64,000 bases of DNA from an uncultured Candidatus Rokubacteria bacterium (GCA_963747235.1 CAVVEU010000014.1:32001-96000); one strand, 5' to 3'; counted from the first letter of the stretch, positions 33,649-44,978 are shown. Made by a program: numbers and translations. The notes: generated by a model not told the origin, from the letters alone.

Positions 33649-34554
33649 TCAGGACGTGAGGAGGAAGCCGAACTCCCGGAGCGCCTTGTCGTCCTTGCGC
33701 CAGTCCGAGCGCACGCGCACGGTGAGATCCAGGTAGACCTTGATGCCGAAGAACCGCTCGAGATCGGTCCGGGCCGCGCCCCCGATGCGCTTGAGCATCG
33801 TCGCGCCCTTGCCGATCACGATCCCGCGCTGGGACTCGCGCTCCACGAAGATGATGGCGCGGATGTACAGGCACTCGGGGCGGTGGCGCTCGGTCAGCTC
33901 CTCCACCCGCACCGCGCAGGCGTAGGGTACCTCCTGGTGGGTGAGCCGGAAGATCTTCTCCCGGATCGCCTCCGCCACCCAGAACGTCTCCGGCTGATCG
34001 GTGAGCGCGTCGGGCGGGAAGTAGGCCGGGCGCTCGGGCAAAGCCGCCACGATCAGGTCGAGCAGGCGGTCACAGTGCTCGCCGCGCTCGGCCGACAGCG
34101 GGACGATCTCCGCGAACGGATAGGCCACCCGGTAGGCCGCGATCAGCGGGAGCAGGCGCGCCTTGGGGCTCACCAGGTCGGTCTTGTTGAGGCAGCAGTA
34201 GACCGGCGCGCGGCAGGCCTTGAGCCGGTCGAGCGCGTCGCGGTCGAGGCGCGCCGGGTCCTCGGTCGCCTCGGCCACGAAGCAGGCGAGATCCACGTCC
34301 TCCACCGCGCGGTCCGCCGTCCTGGACATGAGCTGGCCGAGGCGCCCGGCCCCCGCGTGCAGCCCCGGCGTGTCCACGAAGATGATCTGGGCGCCGGGCA
34401 GATGGCGGATCCCGGTGATGCGGGTGCGCGTCGTCTGGGGGCGCGGCGAGACGATGGCCATCTTCTCGCCGACCAGGCGGTTGAGCAGAGTGGACTTGCC
34501 CACGTTGGGCCGCCCGACGAGGGCCACGAAGCCCGCCCGGTGCGGAGACGCCAT
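33649..34554 (-). CDS. era: GTPase Era
   Basis: GRPNVGKSTL, PQTTR, DTPG, NKTD and KH domain GIVIGKGA. Confidence 0.97.
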   Translation of the reverse strand: MASPHRAGFVALVGRPNVGKSTLLNRLVGEKMAIVSPRPQTTRTRITGIRHLPGAQIIFVDTPGLHAGAGRLGQLMSRTADRAVEDVDLACFVAEATEDPARLDRDALDRLKACRAPVYCCLNKTDLVSPKARLLPLIAAYRVAYPFAEIVPLSAERGEHCDRLLDLIVAALPERPAYFPPDALTDQPETFWVAEAIREKIFRLTHQEVPYACAVRVEELTERHRPECLYIRAIIFVERESQRGIVIGKGATMLKRIGGAARTDLERFFGIKVYLDLTVRVRSDWRKDDKALREFGFLLTS

Positions 34555-35030
34555 CAGGCCTCGAGGAGCCCGGCCCAGAGCCGCGCGGGGATCGAGCGCG
34601 GCGATCTGGAGCCGGGTGGGCCGGCCAGGATCGCGCGCGCTCGCTCGTGCATCCGGCGAGCCTGGCGCGGCTCGTGATCGTCGTAGCCGGCCAGGTGCAG
34701 CAGCCCGTGCACGACCAGCAGGTCCAGCTCGGTGGCCAGCGGCACCCCGAGCCGGCGCGCCTGGCGCGCCGCCGTCTCCACGGACACGATCACCTCGCCC
34801 CAGAGCCGGCCCGGACCGGGGCCGGCCAGGTCGAACGCGAGCACGTCGGTGGCCCGCCGGATGCCGAGGTAGCGCGTGTTGAGCGCCCGGATGCGCCGGT
34901 CGTCCACCACCGTCACGTGGACCTCACGGTCGGCCCGGCCGAGCGCGGCGAGGGCGCGGCGGGCCACCGTGCGCAGACGCTCGGATGAGACGCGGGTCCT
35001 CCGCTGCAGATTGGAGACCGCGACCGGCAC
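34554..35030 (-). CDS. ybeY: rRNA maturation RNase YbeY
   Basis: TDVLAF and HGLLHLAGYDD. Confidence 0.92.
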   Translation of the reverse strand: MPVAVSNLQRRTRVSSERLRTVARRALAALGRADREVHVTVVDDRRIRALNTRYLGIRRATDVLAFDLAGPGPGRLWGEVIVSVETAARQARRLGVPLATELDLLVVHGLLHLAGYDDHEPRQARRMHERARAILAGPPGSRSPRSIPARLWAGLLEA

Positions 35031-35044
35031 GGGCGGGCCGGACC

Positions 35045-36031
35045 TCAGCCCGCTCCGCGCGACGACGGCTTCTGGACCCGATCGTAGGCGCGCACGATGG
35101 AGGAGACGAGGTCGTGGCGCACGACGTCGCGGTCGTCGAAGTAGATGAAGCGGATGCCGTCGATCCCCTGCAGCACCGTCTGCACCTCGATCAGCCCCGA
35201 CGGGCGGCTGGCGGGCAGGTCCACCTGCGTGATGTCGCCGGTGACCACCATCTTGGAGTTGAAGCCCAGCCGGGTCAGGAACATCTTCATCTGCTCGGAG
35301 GTGGTGTTCTGGGCCTCGTCGAGGATGATGAAGGCGTCGTTGAGCGTACGCCCGCGCATGTAGGCGAGCGGCGCGATCTCGATGGCGCCCTTCTCGGAGA
35401 GCGCGCTCACCTTCTCGGGCTCGAGCATGTCGTAGAGCGCGTCGTAGAGCGGGCGGAGATAGGGGTGCACCTTCTCCACGAGATCGCCGGGAAGGAACCC
35501 CAGGCGCTCCCCCGCCTCCACCGCCGGCCGCGTGAGCACGATGCGCGCGACCTCGCGCTTCAGCAGGGCGGAGATCGCCATGGCGACCGCCAGGTACGAT
35601 TTCCCGGTCCCGGCCGGGCCGATCGCGATGACCAGGTCGTGCCCGCGCACCGCTTCCAGGTAGCGCTTCTGGTTCGCGGTCTTCGGGGTGATGAAGCGGC
35701 GCCGCGAGGGCACCGAGATGGCGTCGGCCAGCACCGACTTGACGTCCGCGCCCGGCTCGTTCCCCGCGATGCGCAGGGCCGAACGGATGTCGGCCGCGCC
35801 GAGCGTGGGCCGCTCCCGGAGCATGGCCACCAGCTCGCGCATGACCCGCTCGACCTCGATTACCTGCCGCTCTTCTCCACGAAGAGTCACGTCGTGGCCG
35901 CGCGCGGTGATGCGCACGTCGTACTGCGTTTCGAGCTGGCGCAGGTGCTCGTCGTGACGGCCGAGAAGGGCGAGGTGATTGAGGTCCGGAGGCAGGACGA
36001 TCCGCCGGGTGACGCCGGTGGCTTCAGTCAA
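35045..36031 (-). CDS. phoH: PhoH-like ATPase
   Basis: GPAGTGKS, RPAVEAGERLGFLPG and LDEAQN. Confidence 0.95.
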   Translation of the reverse strand: MTEATGVTRRIVLPPDLNHLALLGRHDEHLRQLETQYDVRITARGHDVTLRGEERQVIEVERVMRELVAMLRERPTLGAADIRSALRIAGNEPGADVKSVLADAISVPSRRRFITPKTANQKRYLEAVRGHDLVIAIGPAGTGKSYLAVAMAISALLKREVARIVLTRPAVEAGERLGFLPGDLVEKVHPYLRPLYDALYDMLEPEKVSALSEKGAIEIAPLAYMRGRTLNDAFIILDEAQNTTSEQMKMFLTRLGFNSKMVVTGDITQVDLPASRPSGLIEVQTVLQGIDGIRFIYFDDRDVVRHDLVSSIVRAYDRVQKPSSRGAG

Positions 36032-36061
36032 CGAAGGCTCATTCCTTTGCCCGGGAGCATA

Positions 36062-37851
36062 TCACGGGGATCCGAGCCCTTCCACGAGGCGGATCCCGAG
36101 CTCGCGGAGCTGCTTGGGGTCCACCGGAGCGGGCGCGTCGGTGAGCGGGCAGGTGCCCTTCTGGGTCTTGGGGAAGGCGATGACCTCCCGGATGGACTCC
36201 TGCCCCACCATGTTGGCGGCGAGGCGGTCCAGGCCGAAGGCGATCCCGCCCATGGGCGGCGCGCCGAACTCGAGCGCCTCCAGGAGGAAGCCGAAGCGCG
36301 CCCGGGCGTCGTCCTTCGAGATGCCGATCAGGCCGAAGACGCGCTCCTGGACCGCGGGCTGATGGATGCGGATGGAGCCGCCCGCCGCTTCCTGGCCGTT
36401 CAGCACGAGATCGTAGGCCTTGGCGCGGGCGCGGCCCGGGTCGGATTCGAGCAGGGGGAGGTCCTCGTCGCGGGGCGCGGTGAAGGGATGGTGGACCGCG
36501 TCCCACCGCTTCTCGTCGGCGTTCCACTCCACCAGGGGAAAATCGATGATCCAGGCGAAGACGTCGCGATCGGTCGGGATCAGGTTGAACCGGCGCGCCA
36601 GGTCCACGCGCAGGCGCCCCAGCACGGTGGCCGCGACGGCGGGCGTGTCGGCCACCAGCAGCAGCAGGTCGCCCGTGGCCCCCTCGAGCGTCTCGAGGAG
36701 CCGTGCCTGGATGGCCTGGATGAACTTGGCCACCGGGGACTGAATCCCATCCGCGTTCACCTTGATCCAGACCAGCCCCTTGGCGCCGGCCTGCTTCGCC
36801 TCCGCGGTGAGATCGTCGAGCTCCTTGCGGCTCATGCCGCCCGCGCCGGGCACGCAGAGGCCCTTCACCGCGCCGCCGGCGGCCACCGTCTGGGCGAAGG
36901 CCTGGAACTCGCCGCCCGCGAACAGGGCCGAGCAATCCTGGAGCTCCAACCCGAAGCGCAGATCGGGCTTGTCCGAGCCGTAGCGGGCCATCGCCTCGTC
37001 GTACGGGATGCGCGGGAACGGCCGCTCGAGCTCCACGCCCTTCACGCGCCGCCACATCTCGGCCACCAGCCCCTCGATGATGGGCAGGAAATCGTCCCGG
37101 TCGAGGAACGACGTCTCGATGTCGATCTGGGTGAACTCGGGCTGGCGGTCCTTGCGGAGATCCTCGTCGCGGAAGCAGCGCACGATCTGGAAGTAGCGCT
37201 CGAAGCCCGCCACCATCAGGAGCTGCTTGAAGAGCTGCGGCGACTGCGGGCAGCGCGTAGAAGCTGCCCGGGCTGCAGGCGGCTCGGCACCAGGAAGTCG
37301 CGCGCGCCCTCCGGGGTCGAGCGCGTCAGGAACGGCGTCTCGACCTCGAGGAACGCCTCGGCGTGGAGATAGTCGCGCGCGGCCCGGCAGATCTGATCGC
37401 GGATCTGGAAGGCGCGCAGGACGTGCGGCCGCCGCATGTCGAGGTACCGGTACTTGAGCCGCAGCGTCTCGTCGATCTCCGCGTCGTCGTCGAGCTGGAA
37501 CGGCAGCGGCCGCGATTCGTTGAGGATGCGCACCTCGGAGACCTGGACCTCGACGCCCCCGGTGGCCAGCTTCGGGTTCTCGGTGCCGGGCGGACGCGCC
37601 GACACCGTCCCGCGCACCGCCAGCACGAACTCGGTCCGCACCGCCTCCGCCTTGGCGTGCGTCCCGCCGCCGGCGCCGGGGTTGAACACGCACTGGGTGA
37701 GGCCTTCCCGATCGCGCAGGTCGATGAAGAGGAGGCCCCCATGGTCCCGGCGGCGATACGCCCAGCCCATCAGCGTGACCGCCTGCCCGACGTGCTCGCT
37801 CCGCAGCGCGCCGCAGCTATGGGTCCGCCGCCAGCCGCCCAGGCTCTCCAT
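36062..37851 (-). CDS. aspS: Aspartate--tRNA ligase (frameshift near 37255)
   Basis: RTHSCG and RRRDHGG OB-fold, [17 protein letters not shown] and [14 protein letters not shown]. Confidence 0.95.
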
Positions 37852-39101
37852 CACGCGCTCGTCTCCCCCGCCCCGCCCGCGCGCGGCTCGCGCCACTCCA
37901 CCGCGCCATCGGCCCCCAGCACGCCGATCTTCCGGTACCCGCGGGCCTCGAGGTCCTGGAGCTGCTTGCCGAGCCGCTTGGCCCGCGCCTCCAGGAGCAC
38001 CTGCTTGCCCTGCTCCCGCAGGTCGCGGGCAAGGGCGAGCACGGGTCCGAGGGCGGCCTCGGCCTCGTCGAAGACCAGCACCACGCGCTCGCCGTCCGCC
38101 TCGGCCGCCGGCCCGCGCTCCAGGAGGAGCGAGATCACACGCTCGAACCCGATCGAGAAGCCGGTGGCGGGAACGTCCCGCCCGATGAACTTGCCGACCA
38201 TCCGGTCGTAGCGCCCACCCCCCGCGATCGACGCGGTGCCTCCGCCGTGCTGTACCTCGAAGATGGGCCCGGTGTAGTAGCCCATCCCGCGCACGAGCGT
38301 GGCGTCGAACATGAGCCGGAAGCGGCCGGCCGCCTGCGTCTCGACCGTGTCGAGGATGCGCTGCAGGCCGTGCCACACCCCGTCGTCCACGCGCGCGCCG
38401 AGGAGCGTGCGCAGCGCGGCCGGCGTGGCGCTCGAGGCCAGCAGGTCCAGCATGCGGTTCACCGCATCGGCGGCGTGCCCGGCCTCCCGCAGCTCGGCCG
38501 CCACGCCGTCCCGGCCGATCTTGTCGAGCTTGTCGAGCCCGATGAACACCGAGCCCGCCCGCGCCGGATCGAACCCGCAGTGGGCGACCAGGCCCCCGAG
38601 GAGGCGCCGGTCATTGATCCGTACCGTGAGGTCCTTGAGCCCCAGCGCGGCGAGCGCCTCGGTGGTGGCCAGGATCAGCTCGATCTCCGCCACCTCGGAC
38701 GCCACCCCCAGGATATCGATGTCGCACTGGGTGAACTGCCGGTAGCGGCCCTGCTGCGGCCGCTCCGCCCGCCACACCGGCCCGATCTGGATGGCCTTGA
38801 GCGGCTGGGGGAGCTTCGCGAGATTGTGCGCGTAGTAGCGGACGAGCGGCACCGTGAGATCGAACCGCAGGCCCAGGTCGGCCAGGTCCTCCGCGCCGCC
38901 CGCCGCCGCGAGCTTCTCACCGCGCTTCAGGATCTTGTAGATCAGCTTCTCGTTCTCGCCGCCGTCGCTCCGGAGCAGCAGGCGGAGGCTCTCCACCGCG
39001 GGCGTCTCGATGCGGACGAAGCCGTGGCGCCGGTAGACGGTGAGGATCTGGGCCATGGCCCAGTCGCGCACCGCGACTTCCTCGGGGAGCACGTCCCGCA
39101 T
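37851..39101 (-). CDS. hisS: Histidine--tRNA ligase
   Basis: LRFDLTVP, RAERPQQGRYRQFTQCD, RGMGYYTG and GGGRYD. The true start is probably a few codons upstream (..PPRGMRD). Confidence 0.96.
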   Translation of the reverse strand: MRDVLPEEVAVRDWAMAQILTVYRRHGFVRIETPAVESLRLLLRSDGGENEKLIYKILKRGEKLAAAGGAEDLADLGLRFDLTVPLVRYYAHNLAKLPQPLKAIQIGPVWRAERPQQGRYRQFTQCDIDILGVASEVAEIELILATTEALAALGLKDLTVRINDRRLLGGLVAHCGFDPARAGSVFIGLDKLDKIGRDGVAAELREAGHAADAVNRMLDLLASSATPAALRTLLGARVDDGVWHGLQRILDTVETQAAGRFRLMFDATLVRGMGYYTGPIFEVQHGGGTASIAGGGRYDRMVGKFIGRDVPATGFSIGFERVISLLLERGPAAEADGERVVLVFDEAEAALGPVLALARDLREQGKQVLLEARAKRLGKQLQDLEARGYRKIGVLGADGAVEWREPRAGGAGETSA

Positions 39102-39171
39102 GCCGCGGGGCGGCGAGGCATCGAGCCGGGGCTCGCGCCGTTGACTCTCTTCCGGGATCGCCAGGGGGGAC

Positions 39172-41061
39172 CTAGTCTTGAGGCACGGTCATGATGATCT
39201 GCGTCTCGCCGCCCGCCTTCAGGAGGACGTTGTTGTACCGGACCACGGCGGCCATGATCGTCGGCTGGGCGGAGTCCTCGGTCTTGTAGGCGCCGAGACA
39301 GGTGATGCCGCCCTCGAAGCCCGAGTTGATGGACTGCAGCCGGAAGCCGGCCGGTCCCTTGAAGACCACCGCGAGCAGGCCTTCCCGCACCAGGTTCTGG
39401 GGCACGATCAGCTCGTCCACCCCGTCCCCGTCGAGGTCCACCGCGAGCGGGGTCGGCTCGATCTTGAAGAACTTGCTGCGGTCCGTCCGCGAGCTCACCG
39501 TCGCCCCGACCAGCTCGACCGTCATGTAGCCGCCGCCGACCGAGGTGGAGGAGCGCCACAGCTCCTCGCCCTCGTTCACGATCTGCAGCCGGTTGAACTC
39601 GTCGATGAGGGCGAGCGACCGCGTGTCCTTGCCCATCACGTTGGAGAAGGCGGCACCCATCGGCCGGAAGGAGCTGGACACGCGCAACGTCTTGTCGGCG
39701 ACGAGCTTGCCGTTCTTCAGGATCATCTGGTCGGCCTGGCCCGGCGTGAAGAAGTTCTCGGAGCTGTAGCGCTGGGTCCACAGCGTCTGCTTCACGCCCT
39801 CACCCTTGAGGTCCACCGCGAACAGGAAGTCGGACACGTACTCGACCATCGTGAACGGCTTGCCGTCCCGCGAGGAGATGACGAACCCGTTGAGCCCGAC
39901 CCTCGGCGCGTACCGGTTGCCGATGACCTCGAGGTTGCCGTCGCCGTCGAGATCCGCGAGCTGCAGGGAGAGCACGCGCCCCAGGCTGCGCACCGACCGG
40001 CTCCACTCCGGCTCGACCTTCTGATCCACGATCCGGTACATGTAGATCTGGTCGCCGTCGCTCACCACCATGCGGGGGATCTTGTCCTTCGGAGCGACCG
40101 CGAGATCCATGGCCAGCACCGGGAACTTGAACTTGGCCACCTCGCGCAGCGGCAGCGAGTTCTCGCCGGTCGAGTAGCTGCCCGCCTCGAGCTCCCCGCC
40201 CAGGAGCCGCTGCAGGAGCGAGCGGGGCTTGGCCTGGGGCGGGTTCGCGGGGCCGCCCTGCGAGAACCGGGGGCCGGGATTGGCGGCCCGCAGGGTCGAG
40301 GGAGGCACGAAGAACGAGGTCGTGACCGCGGCGTCCGCGCGGGGGGCCGCGAAGAACCGCACGTCCATGAAGGGCCGGCCCTGGACCCGCGTGAAGTGGA
40401 CGGCCAGGATATTGTCCGCCTTGAAGCGCTCGGCGGCCTCGCGGACACCCTTGCCGGCGAGGAAATCGGCGGCGGTCAGGCGCTGCTGGGCGAGGAACAC
40501 GTTGATCGTGTCGCCCATGGTCACCTTGAACCGCCCGGTGGCGGCCAGCCGCTCCACCAGCTCCTGGGTCGCGGTCTCGACCAGGGTCTCTCTCAGGCTT
40601 CCCAGGAGGGGCAGGAGCACGATGCCGACCTTGCCGGAGGAGACCCGGAACCGGTCGCCCGCCTTGATCTCGACACCCGCCGGCGGTGTCGCCACCGCGA
40701 AGCCCTCCTGCGCCTGGGTGATCCGGGCGAGGCCCAGCGCATCCTCGGCGCGCCCCAGCAGCTCACCGGTCCGCGGGTGCTTGATCTCCCGTCCCTCGCG
40801 GAAGAGCTCCACGTCCAGGCCCGGCCGTGCGCCGGCCTTCGCGCCCGCGTTGAGCGTCAGCGCCCCGGGCCGGACCTCGAGCACCTCGCCCTCGAACTTG
40901 GGGAAGAGATCCAGGAGCTGCTCCACCAGGGCGGTCATCGGGGCCGAGCTCGCGGGACCGGGGGGCGGCGCCGATGCGGCCGGCGACTGGGCCGAGGCGC
41001 TCCCCGCCGCGAAGACGGCCAGGAGGAGCAGCGGTGCGATGTCGCGAAGACGTCTGCCCAT
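39172..41061 (-). CDS. Exported FG-GAP/VCBS-repeat protein with N-terminal FlgT-C-like domain
   Basis: Signal peptide, HPRTGELLG, and DLDGDGNLEV and DLDGDGVDEL repeats. Confidence 0.75.
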   Translation of the reverse strand: MGRRLRDIAPLLLLAVFAAGSASAQSPAASAPPPGPASSAPMTALVEQLLDLFPKFEGEVLEVRPGALTLNAGAKAGARPGLDVELFREGREIKHPRTGELLGRAEDALGLARITQAQEGFAVATPPAGVEIKAGDRFRVSSGKVGIVLLPLLGSLRETLVETATQELVERLAATGRFKVTMGDTINVFLAQQRLTAADFLAGKGVREAAERFKADNILAVHFTRVQGRPFMDVRFFAAPRADAAVTTSFFVPPSTLRAANPGPRFSQGGPANPPQAKPRSLLQRLLGGELEAGSYSTGENSLPLREVAKFKFPVLAMDLAVAPKDKIPRMVVSDGDQIYMYRIVDQKVEPEWSRSVRSLGRVLSLQLADLDGDGNLEVIGNRYAPRVGLNGFVISSRDGKPFTMVEYVSDFLFAVDLKGEGVKQTLWTQRYSSENFFTPGQADQMILKNGKLVADKTLRVSSSFRPMGAAFSNVMGKDTRSLALIDEFNRLQIVNEGEELWRSSTSVGGGYMTVELVGATVSSRTDRSKFFKIEPTPLAVDLDGDGVDELIVPQNLVREGLLAVVFKGPAGFRLQSINSGFEGGITCLGAYKTEDSAQPTIMAAVVRYNNVLLKAGGETQIIMTVPQD

Positions 41062-41822
41062 CAATCCCTCGGCGAGGCTCCCTCGAGGTTGGATCGGTCG
41101 GCGCCCCGCCGACGCTCCCAGGCCACCACGGCCTTGAAGGTCGTCGCCTGCGGCGGGTGCTGGACGACGATGTAGACCCAGTCCGCGAACGACGGGTTCG
41201 AGCTCTCTCCGACGATGGCGGCAATCCCCTGTCCGAGCGCGGTGGACCGGGACAGATAGCGGTCCCACAGGACGGGCCCCCGGCTCCTCGTAGAACCGCA
41301 CGAAGTCGAGCGGGTAGGTCACCGCGGTCTGCGGGGCCGGCGAGCCGGTCACGCGATACGGCAGGTAGTGGCGAAGCGTCGGCGGACTCGCCCGCCGCGA
41401 CCGGCACCCCCTGGAGCGCGACGTGCACCACTTCCTGGGTCCGGGTCGTCGTCGGGGCGATCACCCACACGCTCCGCTCACCCGGATTGCCCACCCAGAC
41501 CACCTCGTCCCACCGCCGGGCCCCCTCCGCCGGCTTGATCTCGGCGATCACCTTGACGGCCCGGAATGACCCGGCCAGGGCCTCCCAGCCGTAGCGGAAG
41601 GTGCGATCGGTCAGCATGGCCCCACTCGGGACCCGCTCCGAGTCCAGCGCCCGTCCCAGGCGCTCCATGACCAGATCGCCCGCGCCCGTGCCGAGGGGCC
41701 CGTCGAAGTAGTGGACGAAGCTCTCTCGGTAGAGATTGGCGACCTGGAGCCGGTACTCGGCGGCCGCGGCCGGGACCTGCGAGGCCCAGGATCAAGGCCG
41801 CGCTCAGGAGAGCCTTCCACAT
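41061..41822 (-). CDS. Hypothetical exported protein (several apparent frameshifts)
   Basis: MWKALLSAALILGLA signal, with coding-like segments in three frames ending ..NLEGASPRD-TGA. Confidence 0.55.
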
Positions 41823-41865
41823 GAGCGTGACTATACGTCGCCTCCCGGGTGGCGGCAAGAAACCC

Positions 41866-41905
41866 TGAAAAGACAACGGGCCCGGGGGTTGCCCCCCGGG
41901 CCCGA
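41866..41905 (-). terminator. Rho-independent terminator after the porin-like gene
   Basis: CGGGCCCGGGGGGCAACCCCCGGGCCCG followed by TTGTCTTTTC on the - strand. Confidence 0.75.
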
Positions 41906-41925
41906 AGCTCCTGCGGTCTCGCGTG

Positions 41926-43573
41926 TTAGAACGTGAAGCGGACGCGAGAGGTGAGCATGAACGGGTCGTTGGTGTTGCGCGCCAGCGTTCGGAGTCGGTG
42001 ACCCCGTCCAGCGCCGGCCCCATGAACATGTAGCCGAACTGGTTGTCCCAGGTCAACCCGGGGGCGAACCGCCAGGTGATCAGGGCCATCAGCTCGGTAC
42101 CGACATAGCGCTTGCTGTCACGCGGCGTGGGACCCGTGAACACCGGCGTGATACCGGCACCGCGCGACTGTCGCGCCGTTGCGATCCATCTTCTCGGCGC
42201 GTCCAGTGCACGTTCGCACCACCCATGACGCTGAGCTCCGGGGTGATGGCGTAGGTGGCCTTGGCGCCGACCTGAACGCGGCCGTACTTGTCCCAGCCGA
42301 TGCTGGTTGCCGGGGTATGCAATCCGGCCGGCAGCCTCGTTGAAGGCGTTGAGGTAGTCGATACCCAGCGACGTGATCGAGCGTACCCCAGTCCGCCAGG
42401 TAGCCCGTGTCCGTCGTCAGCGGCTGGAAGTACCGGACGGTGCCGAGCGTGTTGTTGCGAGCGCTGTTACCCGTGCGTGTACATGACCAGGCCTTCGAGG
42501 AGCAGCGGCCCGAGCTGGAACCCGGCACGCACGTCGACGAGCCAGGCATCATGTCGGGGTAGTACTTCCGACCGGCACCGCTCCGCTCGGAGCGAAGGAG
42601 CGCCGGCTGGCGATGACCGCCTTGTTACCGAACTGGTACAGGACGGTCGGATCGAGGGAGAACGGCCCCATCCGGAGCCGGGCGTCCAGTCCGACCGTGT
42701 ACCGGTACTCGTTGATGCCACCGCGCACGTCGCCGGTCGGGGAGTACGCGGTCGTGGTGTTGAGGCCGCCGCGGCCGGCGCGGGCGCTGCCGTTCGTGGT
42801 GCCCTGGGCGTAGAACATCGAGAACATCGGCTTGATGTCCAGGCCCTTGAACGGCGTGATCTCGGGCGCGATGATGTACGCGAAGTCATCACCACGGTTC
42901 TGCGTGCTGAGCACGCCCGCCGGAGCCACGCCGGGGGTGGCCGTGTGGTCCTCGTGTCCGTCCCGACGAGGCTCTCCTCGACCTGGACGTAGGTCCCCAC
43001 GAACTTGAAGTTCGGGGTGATCTGGCTGGTGATGCTCACGCCGGGGAAGTCACCCGTGGCGTAGACGGCCAGCTTGTAGTTGGCCAGCGCGCCGAAGGGC
43101 TGAGCGCCCAGGCGGGCCGTGGTGGGTACCGGGATCAGCGGCATCGGGAACTCGACGTACAGCCACTTGACCTCGATGATGCCGCGCGAGTCCGTGTTGA
43201 GGTCGAAGCTGCCGTCCGTGCCGAAGCCCGTCTGCACGGCGGTGCCGGAGGCCGCGCCGGCGTTCACGATGGTCGAGTCGTTCGACCCGGTCTGACCGTA
43301 GACGTGGTCGAGCTCGAGGCCGAGGACACCCTTGGCCTTGCCGACTTCGCCGATGATGTCGAAGCGGCCGCGGGTGCGGAAGTACCACATGCTGTCTTTG
43401 CGGTTGAAGACGCCGCCGTTGTAGTTGGCCATGTTCTGCGAATACGAGGTGACGTTGTCGATGAGGCCGTTGATGGTCACCTTCGGGGCGGGCGCCTGGG
43501 CGAATGCCATGGGCGCCGCCAGGGCCACGAGGGCCAAGGCGAGCATCAGGACGGCAAGACTCGTCCTTTTCAT
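41926..43573 (-). CDS. Porin-like outer-membrane beta-barrel protein (multiple frameshifts)
   Basis: Signal peptide (..MAFA-Q), alternating aromatic beta strands, C-terminal SRVRFTF (terminal Phe), strong SD and a terminator. Confidence 0.7.
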
Positions 43574-43799
43574 TGAGACTTCTCCTCAATCAGGTGGATG
43601 ACGTGCATTCCTGCAGCGTGTGCTTCCTGACTTCCCGCGATACGCGCGACGACGGTACTTCTGGAGAGACGAGTGTTTTGCCTTGTCACCTCCCAGGGAG
43701 AAAGAATAGGAAAATGCTTGACCTTTTTACCGCGAACCCGGTTTACGGGTCAAGAAAAAATCCGGCGGGGATATCGCGGATTAACTCCAACTAAATCAG

Positions 43800-44483
43800 C
43801 TACTTGGGCTCAGGGCCCATCGCTTTCAGCACCTCGTCTGCCCGCTTACCGAGCATGGAGGCCGGCTCGAGGTCCCGGGCAGCTCGGAGGTGGACCTTGG
43901 CTTCCGCCTGCCTACCTTCCCTCTGCAGCAGTACCCCGAGCCAGAAATGCGACGGCACCAGCCGCGAATCGAGCTGGAGCGCCGATCGGAACGCGTCCTC
44001 GGCGTCCTTGCGGCGGTCGAGCGCCCAGTACGCATAGCCCAGGTTGTTGTAGGTGCTCTCCGGCCGGTTGTAGATGGTCTGGGCGAGCGCCTTGCGGTAG
44101 GCGACGATCGCGTCCTCCCACTTGGCCTGCTCGGCGTAGGCGGAGCCCAGGTTGTGGAACGCGTCGGCATAGGTCGGATCCAGCTCCACCGCCTTCTGGA
44201 ACTCGAGCTGCGCGTCCGGGTGGCGGCCGATGTTGAGCATCACCGCCCCGACCGCGTTGTGGTAGACCGGGTTGCGCGGCTCGATCTCGACGGCCTGCCG
44301 CAGCGAGGACAGCCCGAGCGAGATTCGCCCCTCCGAGATGCTCCTGACACCCGCCTCGTAGGACGCCTGGGCCTCGAGCTTGCGGATCTCATCGTCGGCC
44401 GTCGTCGTCGCGCACGCGGGGAGCCATGCGGCGGCGCACAGGGCAATGACCGACGCGCTCCTTGACACCCTCATGATCGCCAT
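43800..44483 (-). CDS. TPR lipoprotein (PilF/PilW-like)
   Basis: Lipobox LPAC, TPR repeats (A...DP.YADAFHNLG) and YNNLG. Confidence 0.75.
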   Translation of the reverse strand: MAIMRVSRSASVIALCAAAWLPACATTTADDEIRKLEAQASYEAGVRSISEGRISLGLSSLRQAVEIEPRNPVYHNAVGAVMLNIGRHPDAQLEFQKAVELDPTYADAFHNLGSAYAEQAKWEDAIVAYRKALAQTIYNRPESTYNNLGYAYWALDRRKDAEDAFRSALQLDSRLVPSHFWLGVLLQREGRQAEAKVHLRAARDLEPASMLGKRADEVLKAMGPEPK

Positions 44484-44498
44484 GTATTCCTTTGTTTC

Positions 44499-44978
44499 AT
44501 GCCAACCTACGAATACGAGTGCCCGCGCTGCCCGCGTGTCTTCGAGATAAAGCAGCGCATCACGGAGCCGGCGCTCGTAACCTGCGAAGTCTGCGGCGGG
44601 CCGATCCACCGGCTGCTGTCGGCGGCCCCGTTCATCCTGAAGGGCGAAGGCTGGTACGTCACCGACTACCCGTCCGAGTCTCGGAAGAAGGCGAAGGAGT
44701 CCACGTCGAAGGAGTCGACGTCGAAGGAATCATCTGGCAAGGAATCCACCGGGAAGGACTCGGCGGGGAAGGAATCGGCGTCGAAGGGAGATGGCGGAAG
44801 CGCCGAATCCAAGCCGGCGACGTCATCGGAACGCAAGTCTAGCACGGACGGCGGCGGCAGCTCCCCTTCCTCCACCACAAAACCAGCCGCGGGCACCACA
44901 AAACCGGCCGCGGGCACCACGAAACCAGGCGCAGGAACCGCAAAGCCAGCCGCGGGCAAGCCGGCCGCCGGCTCCTGA
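44499..44978 (+). CDS. FmdB-family zinc-ribbon protein with low-complexity tail
   Basis: MPTYEYECPRC..CEVCGG..FILKGEGWYVTDY. Confidence 0.88.
   Translation: MPTYEYECPRCPRVFEIKQRITEPALVTCEVCGGPIHRLLSAAPFILKGEGWYVTDYPSESRKKAKESTSKESTSKESSGKESTGKDSAGKESASKGDGGSAESKPATSSERKSSTDGGGSSPSSTTKPAAGTTKPAAGTTKPGAGTAKPAAGKPAAGS
44694..44956 (+). repeat. Coding tandem repeats (15-bp KESxx, about 6 copies; 21-bp TTKPAAG, about 4 copies)
   Basis: AAGGAGTCCACGTCG-like units and CACCACAAAACCxGCCGCGGG units. Confidence 0.7.

Noticed and set aside
28248-33659. 1803-aa + strand ORF and other long antisense ORFs (e.g. 1588..4365, 34985..37372, 54340..56766)
   Set aside because: These are shadow frames of high-GC genes that lack stop codons and show no recognisable motifs.
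43574-43700. c-di-GMP-I riboswitch in the porin leader (GGCAAA)
   Set aside because: The rest of the consensus (GNRA tetraloop, second stem with GCAAA) is not evident.
44694-44956. Tandem repeats as a CRISPR array
   Set aside because: They are contiguous, in-frame coding repeats without unique spacers, and no cas genes are present.
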